Part shown: in pieces, positions 47,269-56,017 of the stretch
Position numbering within the stretch: the stretch's first letter is position 1
Layout of the letters: every line of letters begins with the position of its first letter
Source of the DNA: an uncultured Dehalococcoidia bacterium
GTDB taxonomy: Bacteria > Chloroflexota > Dehalococcoidia > Lucifugimonadales > UBA3495
Length of the DNA: 64,000 nt
Assembly (NCBI GenBank): GCA_950072105.1
Contig: CATMOE010000003.1
Span: forward strand, 32,001-96,000
Reading direction: 5' to 3'
The notes under the pieces: model-generated
What the model saw: the letters and a program-made list of their open reading frames with translations, nothing else
Told to the model about the DNA's origin: nothing
Database searches by the model: none
Translations under genes and position numbers: made by a program

Positions 47269-47933
47269 CTAAGGCAACTCACCAACAATAACCAATTCCC
47301 GGATCTCCCCAAAGATGGACGGTCCTATCCCCTTGACCCGCGTGATTTGCTCAATGGTGAGGAAAGGCCCGTTCAACTCCCGGTCGGCAACGATATCCCC
47401 CGCCCGCACCGGTCCGATGCCTGGTAGCGTTTCCAGCAACTCGGCGGACGCCGTATTCAGATCGATCAACTCTCCAGAGGACTGTCCCTCGCCGCTCTTT
47501 GAGAAGCTGCTGGAGCTGTGACAACGTTTGATTCGGGGTCGGGTGGCTCTCCGATTCTTGGGATCTTGTATTGGGCCTCGTCTTGAACCCGGAGGGCCAA
47601 GTTGACCGCTTCCAGGTCGGCTTCAGGTGTTTCGCCGCCCGCTGCCTCCACCGCATCGATCAACCGGTCCCCTGGTTTTAACGTGTATACTCCTGGCCGG
47701 CGAACCGCGCCGCTGACATAAACCTGGAGTTCAGGCTCGGATTCGGTTGTTTGGGATGATCTAGTTCCGGCCGGAGCATTCCCGCCAGCCGAATCTTGGG
47801 GTGTGGGTAGGATTATCCGCACCGGTGTGTTGCCGCCGCCACGGCTGATTAACGCCACCCCGGCGATCACTATGATGACCACCAAAGCGCCCAGAACAAC
47901 GACCGCTAATTTTTTGAATTTCGATTCAGGCAT
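47269..47933 (-). pseudogene. comEA: ComEA (TM, SLBB, HhH) with a 1-nt frameshift near 47499
   Basis: VYVSGAVRRPGVY..RLIDAVEAAGG..VNLA; IDLNTAS..LETLPGIGP..VKGIG continues in another frame. Confidence 0.85.
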
Positions 47934-48022
47934 GTCCCTTCTCAAAGGCTTGACGGTTGTCTTGTGTTTAACGCCGGTATCCGATTATAATTTACCCCAG
48001 TTTTTGACGAAAGGGGTCACAG

Positions 48023-48982
48023 TTGAGCACCAATAAAACCTCCACCGGCGAAGAGCTTCTGGCATTCTTTCGGGGCGAGTACGTGCCCATCAGCGAGGCG
48101 CGCGTCAGCGTCATGACCCACGCCCTGCATTATGCAACCGCCGTGTTCGAGGGAATCAGAGGCAACTGGAACGAAGAAAAGGGCCTTATACATATTTTCA
48201 AACTGCGGGAGCACTACGAGCGCATGCTCAAGGGCTGCCGCTTGCTGATGCTGGATATTCCCTACTCTTTGGAAGACCTCTGCCAGATCACAGTTGAATT
48301 GGTGGAAAGGAACGGCCACCGGCAGGACATCTATATCCGCCCTCTGGCTTACAAGAGCGCCGAGTTGGTTGCCAACCTGAAGCTGCAAGACCTGGCCAGC
48401 GACTTTACCCTTATTACCGTCCCCTTCGGCAACTACTTAGGCTCCGACGAGCTGCGTTGCTGTACATCTTCATGGCGCCGTCCGGAAGACACGATGATTC
48501 CCACCCACATCAAGAGCAGCGCAAGCTACATCAACAGTATCTTGGCCAAGACAGAGGCCACTCTGGCCGGATTTGATGAGGCCATCATCCTGAATCAAAA
48601 AGGCCAGGTTTGCGAAGGCTCCGGCGAAAACCTCTTCATGGTGTCCCGCGGCCGGTTGATAACACCGTTGTTGGAAGACAACGCTTTGCCGGGGTTTACC
48701 CGCGATACCATCATGGATCTGGCCGTACGGGAGTTCGGCCTTGAAGTCGTGGAGCGAAGTATCGACCGTAGTGAACTATACCTGGCCGATGAGGTTTTCC
48801 TGACCGGCACGGCGGCTCACCTAACGCCGGTGGTGGAGCTGGACAGCCGGGCCATCGGCGACGGAAAAACCGGACCCATTTCCAACAAGCTGCAGAGAAT
48901 GTACTTTGACATCGTGTTGGGAAAGAATCCCAAATACCTCCATTGGTGCACCACCGCGCAGCCTCGCCTAGTTACTGCTTAG
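48023..48982 (+). CDS. ilvE: Branched-chain amino acid aminotransferase
   Basis: HALHYATAVFEGIR, YIRP, K...Y.NS, EGSGENLF, LPGFTR, ADEVFLTGTAA. Confidence 0.93.
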   Translation: MSTNKTSTGEELLAFFRGEYVPISEARVSVMTHALHYATAVFEGIRGNWNEEKGLIHIFKLREHYERMLKGCRLLMLDIPYSLEDLCQITVELVERNGHRQDIYIRPLAYKSAELVANLKLQDLASDFTLITVPFGNYLGSDELRCCTSSWRRPEDTMIPTHIKSSASYINSILAKTEATLAGFDEAIILNQKGQVCEGSGENLFMVSRGRLITPLLEDNALPGFTRDTIMDLAVREFGLEVVERSIDRSELYLADEVFLTGTAAHLTPVVELDSRAIGDGKTGPISNKLQRMYFDIVLGKNPKYLHWCTTAQPRLVTA

Positions 48983-49120
48983 GCAAACCACACCCGATAA
49001 AGAACCACCGGATTGCGGGTAGGCTATCCTGGTTTTGCGTCCGGCTTACCCTTCGGTTATTCCCACAGTCGCGATACGCAAAAGGACGAAACTAGAGAAT
49101 TTCTCCGGGGAGATGGCGAG

Positions 49121-49735
49121 TTGCCACCCAACGGGACGATCTGGTTGATCTCCGGCCTGGTTTCCTATCTGATAGGAGGCCTGCCAACCGCGTACATCGC
49201 GGCGCGGATGCTCAAAGGCCAGGACATCCGGAAGCTGGGTGACCGCAATGTCGGGGCGGCCAACGTCTATCGCAACATCGGCCCAACCGCCGGTCTCGCG
49301 GTGGGCGCCGTAGATATAGCCAAGGGTGCGGTCGTGGTTTTGCTGGCCCGCGTTCTAGTAGATTCCACGGTTGCCGAAATGATTTGCGGAGTGGCGGTTA
49401 TCGCTGGTCACAGTTGGCCGGTCCACTTCCGGATGAAGGGCGGACGCGGCGCGGCCACGGCAGTCGGTGTGTTAATAGCGATGATGCCCGCACTGGCGAT
49501 TCCTTTGTCTCTGTTGGCGGGGGTGGTACTGTTTTCGACCAAAAGCGCTATGAAAACTCTGAGTTTTTTCCTCATCGGCGTGCCGTTACTGGCTTGGTGG
49601 CCCGCTCACTATTCCAACCCCGTAGTCATTTTTGCGCTGGGTATACCGCTGATGGTTGGGTTTAGCCACTTCTTGAGCGTAAGGCGGCGAACCGGTCCCG
49701 GATCGGTTGGTGAACCGGCCTTGCCCCGCGGCTGA
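49121..49735 (+). CDS. plsY: PlsY-family glycerol-3-phosphate acyltransferase
   Basis: YLIGGLP, DIRKLGDRNVGAAN, DIAKG, GHSWPV..KGGRGAAT; start uncertain. Confidence 0.75.
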   Translation: MPPNGTIWLISGLVSYLIGGLPTAYIAARMLKGQDIRKLGDRNVGAANVYRNIGPTAGLAVGAVDIAKGAVVVLLARVLVDSTVAEMICGVAVIAGHSWPVHFRMKGGRGAATAVGVLIAMMPALAIPLSLLAGVVLFSTKSAMKTLSFFLIGVPLLAWWPAHYSNPVVIFALGIPLMVGFSHFLSVRRRTGPGSVGEPALPRG

Positions 49736-49741
49736 ATATCC

Positions 49742-50218
49742 GTGGCCGGCTCCTTCGTTCCCGACTACCTGGTCCTGGTCTTCTTCGCCTCCTGTGGCGT
49801 TTTCCAGATGGCCGCGGCCTGCAACGGACTCCACGGCCTGCTTTTTTTCAAAGGACGCCGCACCGCCTTCATTTTCGGTCTCGTTCTGTGGGTTGCCGCT
49901 TTTGCCTGGTTCTTCCTGTCCGAGCCTCGCAACCAGCCCGACACCACCCTGGGATTGACCGGCAACCAACAGTTCGGATTTTTCTTCGTCGGCTCCGGCG
50001 CTGGGCTCACTTTCACACTCTTGATATCTTCCCTGCGGAACTTGAGCCTTGGCAAAGATCAGATCCAACCCGGACTCGACGCTTTAAGACAGAGCAACTA
50101 TCTACGAGCGCTCCACGGGACGCTGCGACCTTGGGTGGCTCTGCTCCGCGGCAGGTCGTTCACTGGACATAAGCCTAGCATCGGAGCCCAAACGCACTGT
50201 CAGGAAACCGAGGATTAG
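49742..50218 (+). CDS. Hypothetical membrane protein
   Basis: About three hydrophobic segments; operon spacing with neighbours. Confidence 0.65.
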   Translation: MAGSFVPDYLVLVFFASCGVFQMAAACNGLHGLLFFKGRRTAFIFGLVLWVAAFAWFFLSEPRNQPDTTLGLTGNQQFGFFFVGSGAGLTFTLLISSLRNLSLGKDQIQPGLDALRQSNYLRALHGTLRPWVALLRGRSFTGHKPSIGAQTHCQETED

Positions 50219-50220
50219 CC

Positions 50221-50811
50221 ATGGATACACTTCTCGAGTTGGACGGATGGATAGTGTTGTGGCTGAACCGGGGCATCGGCCATTCCGCTGTTTTGGACGG
50301 GGCTGCATATCTAGCCGTCAGCGACTACTTCGTGCCCTTGTCCATGTGTTTTTGGATGCTTGGCCTGTGGTTTTTCGGCCCCGACTCTGATACCAGAAGC
50401 CGTAATCAACGGGCTGTCTTGGCCGCTGCCATTGCTTTAGGGTTCGCCAATCTGGCGGTGCTGCTGCTGGACCAGGCCGTGTTCCGGGCCCGCCCGTTTA
50501 CCCGATTCGACCTGGCCACCCTATTCTACGCGCCTACCGACTCATCCTTTCCCGCAAATCCCGCGGCGGTCGCCTTCGCGATGGCTACGGCGGTGTGGCT
50601 GGGCAACCGTCGGGCCGCGATTCCGCTGCTTTGCTTGGGGGGCGTCTGGTGCCTGGCCCGGGTCTACAGTGGACTCTTCTATCCCAGCGATATCCTAGCC
50701 GGGAGCCTTATCGGCGCGGGCGTTGCCTGGTTGGTTACCCTGGGGATGAGGCGCATCGAGCCGGTGCCTACCTGGGTGCTAAACGGCGCCCGGTTTTTGC
50801 ACTTGGCTTGA
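50221..50811 (+). CDS. PAP2 family membrane protein with degenerate catalytic motifs
   Basis: RARPF, DSSFPANPA, ARVYSGLFYPSDILAG. Confidence 0.8.
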   Translation: MDTLLELDGWIVLWLNRGIGHSAVLDGAAYLAVSDYFVPLSMCFWMLGLWFFGPDSDTRSRNQRAVLAAAIALGFANLAVLLLDQAVFRARPFTRFDLATLFYAPTDSSFPANPAAVAFAMATAVWLGNRRAAIPLLCLGGVWCLARVYSGLFYPSDILAGSLIGAGVAWLVTLGMRRIEPVPTWVLNGARFLHLA

Positions 50812-50920
50812 CGAGCCGGGCCCTTCTTCCGGATTTCGATCTTCCAGCCACGAATTGCGCCCGTGCACGTATAATAGAACAGGGTCTGGCCGCCCATATC
50901 TAAACCTTCAGGAGGGATCC

Positions 50921-52060
50921 ATGGGCTGGTCTTCCCATCACGCCGTTGGACTTATCCACTACTCCCCCCAGCATTGCTACCGGGGGTACACCCTGTCTAC
51001 GAACACTCGTGGCAGCAACTACGCCGACCTCATCGACATGGAAGGCCGGATGTGCCACCGTTGGCACTCCGATGAGGGGATCGGTTACGCTCATTTATTG
51101 CCTTACGGGAACCTCCTCATCCGCACCTCTCCACCCGCCGACGCAGGTGGAGCGGAGAAGATCGGGGGCTCTTCAACGGCCATACTGGAGCTGGACTGGG
51201 ACGGAAACGTGGTCTGGGAGTACCGCAATCCCATGGTGCACCATGACTACGAACGCCTGCCTAACGGCAATACCCTGGTCTTGCTGTTCGAAAACCTTTC
51301 ACCGGAGATGACCGCCAGCATCAGAGGCGGGGCGCCCGGCGACTCGGACCCGGAGAGTATGTTCGGAGACATAGTCCAGGAGATCGCTCCCGACGGTTCG
51401 ATCGTCTACGAGTGGAAGGCCTGGGAACACCTCGACCCGGAAGAGGACGCTATCTGCCCCTTGGAAGACCGCGTGGAGTGGACCCACGGCAACTCCTTAA
51501 AAATAACGCCAGAAGGTGACCTGATCGTCAGCTACCGCCGGATCAGCACGGTGGGAATCGTCGACAAGGCCAGCGGGGATTTCCGTTGGAAATGGGGACG
51601 GGGCGAGATATCCCACCCCCACCATCCAACCTATTTGAGCAACGGCAATATTCTGTTATTCGACAACGGCTTCCATCGTCCGTTGGGTACCTATTCCCGG
51701 GTTGTTGAAGTGAACCCGGCCACCAGCGAGATCGTCTGGGAATACCGGGGACAACCCGCCATCTCCTTCTACAGCCAGGCAACCAGCAGCGCCGAGCGGC
51801 TCCCCAACGGCAATACACTGATCTGCGAGGGTACGCCGGGCCGCATCTTCGAAGTTACGGCCAACAAGGAGGTCGTGTGGGAATACATCAACCCCTTCTT
51901 CACGCAGGGGCAACCCCAGGCGTCGGGAGCGCCGGGTGAGTCCATAAACTCCTTATTTCGCTCCCATCGCTACGGCCCGGAATTCTCGGCCTTCAAGGGC
52001 CGTGACTTGGACCCGAATCGCTACGCCAACCTAAACCGCCTATACGCGTCTGCAAGATAG
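50921..52060 (+). CDS. Arylsulfotransferase (ASST)-like beta-propeller protein
   Basis: ELDWDGNVVWEY..HHD..LPNGN, WTHGNS, H.P..LSNGNILLFDNG, SRVVE, SAERLPNGNTLICEG. Confidence 0.8.
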   Translation: MGWSSHHAVGLIHYSPQHCYRGYTLSTNTRGSNYADLIDMEGRMCHRWHSDEGIGYAHLLPYGNLLIRTSPPADAGGAEKIGGSSTAILELDWDGNVVWEYRNPMVHHDYERLPNGNTLVLLFENLSPEMTASIRGGAPGDSDPESMFGDIVQEIAPDGSIVYEWKAWEHLDPEEDAICPLEDRVEWTHGNSLKITPEGDLIVSYRRISTVGIVDKASGDFRWKWGRGEISHPHHPTYLSNGNILLFDNGFHRPLGTYSRVVEVNPATSEIVWEYRGQPAISFYSQATSSAERLPNGNTLICEGTPGRIFEVTANKEVVWEYINPFFTQGQPQASGAPGESINSLFRSHRYGPEFSAFKGRDLDPNRYANLNRLYASAR

Positions 52061-52165
52061 CCGCCAATGTAGGTAGGCGTCGCCCATCGTTGTTCCGGCC
52101 CTTCCGCGGAAGGGGAACCCAGGAATAGTTCAGGTTTCAAGCCGCGCTTCCTGGTTCGGGATCTG

Positions 52166-52194
52166 CTGGATTTCCGCCTGCGCGGGAATGACGG
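52166..52194 (-). repeat. REP-like palindrome of the GTCATTCCCGCG..GCGGGAATCCAG type
   Basis: Reverse complement reads CCGTCATTCCCGCGCAGGCGGAAATCCAG; a degenerate partner lies near 52088-52123. Confidence 0.6.
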
Positions 52195-52314
52195 GATGGT
52201 CTTAGGATCTTGAACCCCGTCCTTCTAGCGAAATCGGTGGCGGGGCTGGCGGGCTGCTCGTTTCCTAAGTGACCGCTCCAAAGCCCTGGCTAAGCCCTAT
52301 GCTATACTTTCCCC

Positions 52315-52977
52315 ATGACCACCGGGCATATTCCCGAACAGGGGCAAGCCGCTATTCACCCTCCCATCGATCTCGCAGCTACCGGCGTGATTCTGGCCGG
52401 CGGGCTTAGCCGGCGGCTGGGCCGGGACAAGGCGGTAGAGCCCATCGGTGGGCAGCCGCTGATCCAGCGGGTGATCCAGCGGGTTGAGCAAGTGTGCCAG
52501 GAAATCGCGGTGGTTGTAGCCAATCAGGACCGAGCTGCTGGCTTGCCTCTAGAACCACAACATCAGGTGGTGCTGGACCGCTATGCGGGTGCCGGCTCCT
52601 TGGGCGGTATCTTCTCCGGGCTGGACGCCGCTATCAACCAATGGACCCTCGTCGTCGCCTGCGACATGCCTTTCCTGAACCTCTCGCTGTTGCGCCGCAT
52701 GTTGGCCCTCAGGGAAGACGCCGATGCCGTGGTGCCGATGATCGAAGGCCGCCCCGAGCCGACCCACGCCCTCTACTCCAAAGCTTGTTTGCCCTTCATC
52801 GAGCCGCGGCTAATAGCCGGCGACCTGAAAATCTCCGGTTTCTATGACCAGGTGCGAGTGCGCTACCTCCCTGAAGAAGAAGTTGCCGCCCTGGACCCGG
52901 AATTCTTGAGCTTTTTTAACGTGAACACCCCCGAAGACCTGGAACGTGCCCTATCCCTGGCGGCCCAGGGAATCTGA
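52315..52977 (+). CDS. mobA: Molybdenum cofactor guanylyltransferase
   Basis: ILAGGLSRRLGRDKA, GSLGGI, ACDMPF, EPTHALY, FFNVNTPED. Confidence 0.9.
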   Translation: MTTGHIPEQGQAAIHPPIDLAATGVILAGGLSRRLGRDKAVEPIGGQPLIQRVIQRVEQVCQEIAVVVANQDRAAGLPLEPQHQVVLDRYAGAGSLGGIFSGLDAAINQWTLVVACDMPFLNLSLLRRMLALREDADAVVPMIEGRPEPTHALYSKACLPFIEPRLIAGDLKISGFYDQVRVRYLPEEEVAALDPEFLSFFNVNTPEDLERALSLAAQGI

Positions 52978-53015
52978 TTCGGACTTTCGGGCATCGCTCC
53001 GGGAGTGAAAACATC

Positions 53016-53318
53016 GTGGCTCTGACCAATAAAATCAGCATTGCCGTCAAAGTAGAGCTATTCGGAACGCCTCGCCTCGCCGCGGGTAGGCGCGAGCTAG
53101 AACTTGTTCTACCTGCTGAGACCAGCCGCCAGGAATTCGCTGCGGCTCTCGCCGAGGCTTGCCCGGCACTTGTCGGGAAGGTGATTCGGGACGACCTGAG
53201 CGGCCTGCAAGAAGGCTACGTGCTCAACCTTAACGGATTGGCCTTCTTGAATGGCGATGTTCTGCATGTTCAAGACGGAGACGCGGTCCTGATATTGTCC
53301 AACCAGGCGGGGGGGTAA
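53016..53318 (+). CDS. moaD: MoaD/ThiS sulfur carrier
   Basis: Ubiquitin-like size and C-terminal AGG. Confidence 0.8.
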   Translation: MALTNKISIAVKVELFGTPRLAAGRRELELVLPAETSRQEFAAALAEACPALVGKVIRDDLSGLQEGYVLNLNGLAFLNGDVLHVQDGDAVLILSNQAGG

Positions 53319-53323
53319 CCCCA

Positions 53324-55177
53324 GTGTACGGCTATCACGGAAAAGCGCTGGTGGTCGACCTGTCCTCCCGAAGTCACCACTGGGACGCCATCCCGGAGCA
53401 GGTGTTGCGAAGCTTCATCGGCGGTATCGGCCTGGGGACCTACTTGCTGTACAGATATTGCCCAGCCGGAGCCGATCCATTGGGGCCGGACAACCCCCTC
53501 ATCTTCGCCGGCAGTCCCTTGGTTGGAAGCCGCTTGACCACTTCCAGTAAGTTCGCCGTGATGACCAAATCCCCTCTGACGGGATTCATCGGCGATTCCC
53601 TGTCCTCCAGCTTCCTGGCCACCGAGCTAAAGAAGACCTGTGGCGACGCATTGATAATCGTGGGCCGGGCTGAATCCCTAACCCTCCTGTTCATCGAAGA
53701 CGGTGTGCCCAGATTCCTCGACGCCGCTGATCTGATGGGCTTGGGGACTTTCGACACCGAACAAGCCGTGAAAGAAATGTTGGGCGGTCCGCGAATCCGC
53801 GTCGCCAGCATCGGCCCCGCGGGAGAGCATCTGGTCCGTTACGCCAGCATCGCCAACGACGGTGGACGCCAGGCCGGCCGGTGCGGCCCCGGCGCGGTTA
53901 TGGGCTCGAAAAACCTCAAGGCGCTGGCCTTGCACGGCAGTCAAACCGTGGACGTGGCCAATCCGGTCGCTACTCACGAGTACGGGATCGACCTGAGCAA
54001 GCGTAGTTTGGGCGCAGCGACGGAGAAATACCGGGAACTGGGGACCATGGCTAACGTGTCGGTGTTCAACCGGTTAGGGACGCTGCCCACCAGAAATTTC
54101 CGGGAGTCCACCTTTGAAGGGGCCGAGCAGGTTAGCGGCGAGCATCTGCATCAAGAGCATCTGGCCAAGAACGCCACTTGCGCCAACTGCACCATTGGGT
54201 GCGAGAAAATTCTGGTTACCAGCGACGATGGGAAGAAGTCCCAAGGCCGGATGGAGTACGAAAGTCTCTTCGCACTAGGACCGTTGTGCGGGGTGGACGA
54301 CCCCAACACCGTCATTCGGGCCGCCGGAATCTGCGACGACCTGGGCATGGATACCATAAGCGCCGGTGTGACCATCGCCTGGGCCATGGAGTGTTTCGAC
54401 AAAGGCTTGATCACTGCTGATGACACCGGCGGCATCGACTTGCGGTTCGGCAACGGCCAGGCTCTTTTGGACACTCTGGAGCTGATCGGTCATCGCCGTG
54501 ACCTTGGTAGCCTCCTGGCCGAAGGCACTAAAATTGCCGCACAACAACTGGGTGGAGGCTCCGGCGATTGGGCCATGAACGTCAAAGGTCTGGAAATGCC
54601 CGGCTACGAACCACGCAGCCTGAAAACCATGGCCCTGGGGTTGGCGGTCACGCCAAGAGGGGCCTGCCATAATCGGTCATCAGCATACGAGGCGGACTTT
54701 TCCGGCCGCGTAGACCGGTTGACCGTGGACGATAGCCGCGGCCTGATCGCCGCCGAAAGCGAGGACTTTACCGCAGTGTTGGACTCCCTGATCTGGTGCA
54801 AGTTCCTTCGCAAAGCCTTCAACGACTTTTACCAGGAGTCGGCCCAGGTTTACACCATGATCACCGGCTTGGAAATGTCTCCGGACGAGCTGAAACGGGC
54901 AGGGGAACGGATCAATAACTTGAAAAAGCTGTTCAACATCCGAGAGGGTTGGCGCCGCCAGGACGATACCCTTCCCCCACGTGTCCTCCAAGAGAAGCTG
55001 CCCACCGGCGTCGTTGCCGGGGTTGGGCTGACCCAAGAAGAACTGGATTATATGATTGCCGGTTATTACCAGGCCCGAGGTTGGAACGAAGACGGTTCGG
55101 TGCCGGACACGAAGCTGGCCGACCTGGGCCTTTTGGATCTGCTACCTGTATCGTCCGGCGTAACGATTTCCGCTTAG
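53324..55177 (+). CDS. aor: Aldehyde:ferredoxin oxidoreductase family (W/Mo-pterin)
   Basis: FIGGIGLG, KSPLTG, IGPAGE, AGRCG.GAVMGSKNLKA, CANCTIGC, EYES, CDDLGMDTIS, RGACH. Confidence 0.92.
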   Translation: MYGYHGKALVVDLSSRSHHWDAIPEQVLRSFIGGIGLGTYLLYRYCPAGADPLGPDNPLIFAGSPLVGSRLTTSSKFAVMTKSPLTGFIGDSLSSSFLATELKKTCGDALIIVGRAESLTLLFIEDGVPRFLDAADLMGLGTFDTEQAVKEMLGGPRIRVASIGPAGEHLVRYASIANDGGRQAGRCGPGAVMGSKNLKALALHGSQTVDVANPVATHEYGIDLSKRSLGAATEKYRELGTMANVSVFNRLGTLPTRNFRESTFEGAEQVSGEHLHQEHLAKNATCANCTIGCEKILVTSDDGKKSQGRMEYESLFALGPLCGVDDPNTVIRAAGICDDLGMDTISAGVTIAWAMECFDKGLITADDTGGIDLRFGNGQALLDTLELIGHRRDLGSLLAEGTKIAAQQLGGGSGDWAMNVKGLEMPGYEPRSLKTMALGLAVTPRGACHNRSSAYEADFSGRVDRLTVDDSRGLIAAESEDFTAVLDSLIWCKFLRKAFNDFYQESAQVYTMITGLEMSPDELKRAGERINNLKKLFNIREGWRRQDDTLPPRVLQEKLPTGVVAGVGLTQEELDYMIAGYYQARGWNEDGSVPDTKLADLGLLDLLPVSSGVTISA

Positions 55178-55191
55178 ACCCACGAAGAGAT

Positions 55192-55521
55192 ATGGACGCA
55201 TTTGAACTTGAACACGTCATCGCAGAACACGCTCGGCTTGGTGAGCGGTATCATGAATTCTTCATCGCCTCGAGATTGAGTCTCGGCCTTTACGTCTTGC
55301 AGGCCGGGCAGCCCGACCCTCAGCAACCCCACACCGAGGACGAAGTCTATTTTGTGATTCAAGGCCGGGGGATGATTCGGGTGGGCGAAGAAGACCGTCC
55401 CGTCACCGCCGGGTCGATAATCTATGTGGATGAAGCTGTGGAGCACCGTTTCCACTCGATCACCGAGGACCTGCAGATCTTGGTCATGTTTGCTCCGCCG
55501 CGAAGGTCCCGGGCTGTTTAG
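55192..55521 (+). CDS. Cupin domain protein
   Basis: QQPHTEDEVYFV..G..EHRFH. Confidence 0.88.
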   Translation: MDAFELEHVIAEHARLGERYHEFFIASRLSLGLYVLQAGQPDPQQPHTEDEVYFVIQGRGMIRVGEEDRPVTAGSIIYVDEAVEHRFHSITEDLQILVMFAPPRRSRAV

Positions 55522-55560
55522 GGAACCGGGCAATTTTACCGGATTACCGGCTAGAGTTAA

Positions 55561-56016
55561 ATGAATCGAAGCGATCTTCGCCCCATATTACGCGAAAAAT
55601 TTCCTCCGGAGCGGACCTACCTGCTACCGGCGTTGCACTATTTGCAGGAAGAGTTTGGCCACCTCCCAGACTGGGCGCTGCAGACCGTGGCCTGGCATCT
55701 GCGGGTGCCGGCCAGCGAAGTCTACGGGGCGGCGACCAGTTACAGCGAACTCCGCATAGAAGCGCCGGGACGCCACGTAGTAAGGGTCTGCAACGGCCTG
55801 AGTTGTTGGCATAACGGTGGCCGGATCATATTGGAACGCCTGTCAGACGAGTTCGGCGTCCAACCTGGTGAGACCGGCACGGATAGCCGGGTAACTCTGG
55901 AGGAAACCCCCTGCGGTTTCCTCTGCCCCATGGCCCCGGTGGTGGAAGTTGACGGCCGTTGGCGAGGCCGGGTCGCCGCTGCCGATATCCCGAGTCTTGT
56001 GAAAGAGTTGACCTGA
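55561..56016 (+). CDS. NuoE/FdsG-like [2Fe-2S] subunit
   Basis: LLPALH.LQE.FG, EVYGAATSY, VCNGLSC, CGFLC..AP. Confidence 0.88.
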   Translation: MNRSDLRPILREKFPPERTYLLPALHYLQEEFGHLPDWALQTVAWHLRVPASEVYGAATSYSELRIEAPGRHVVRVCNGLSCWHNGGRIILERLSDEFGVQPGETGTDSRVTLEETPCGFLCPMAPVVEVDGRWRGRVAAADIPSLVKELT

Positions 56017-56017
56017 C

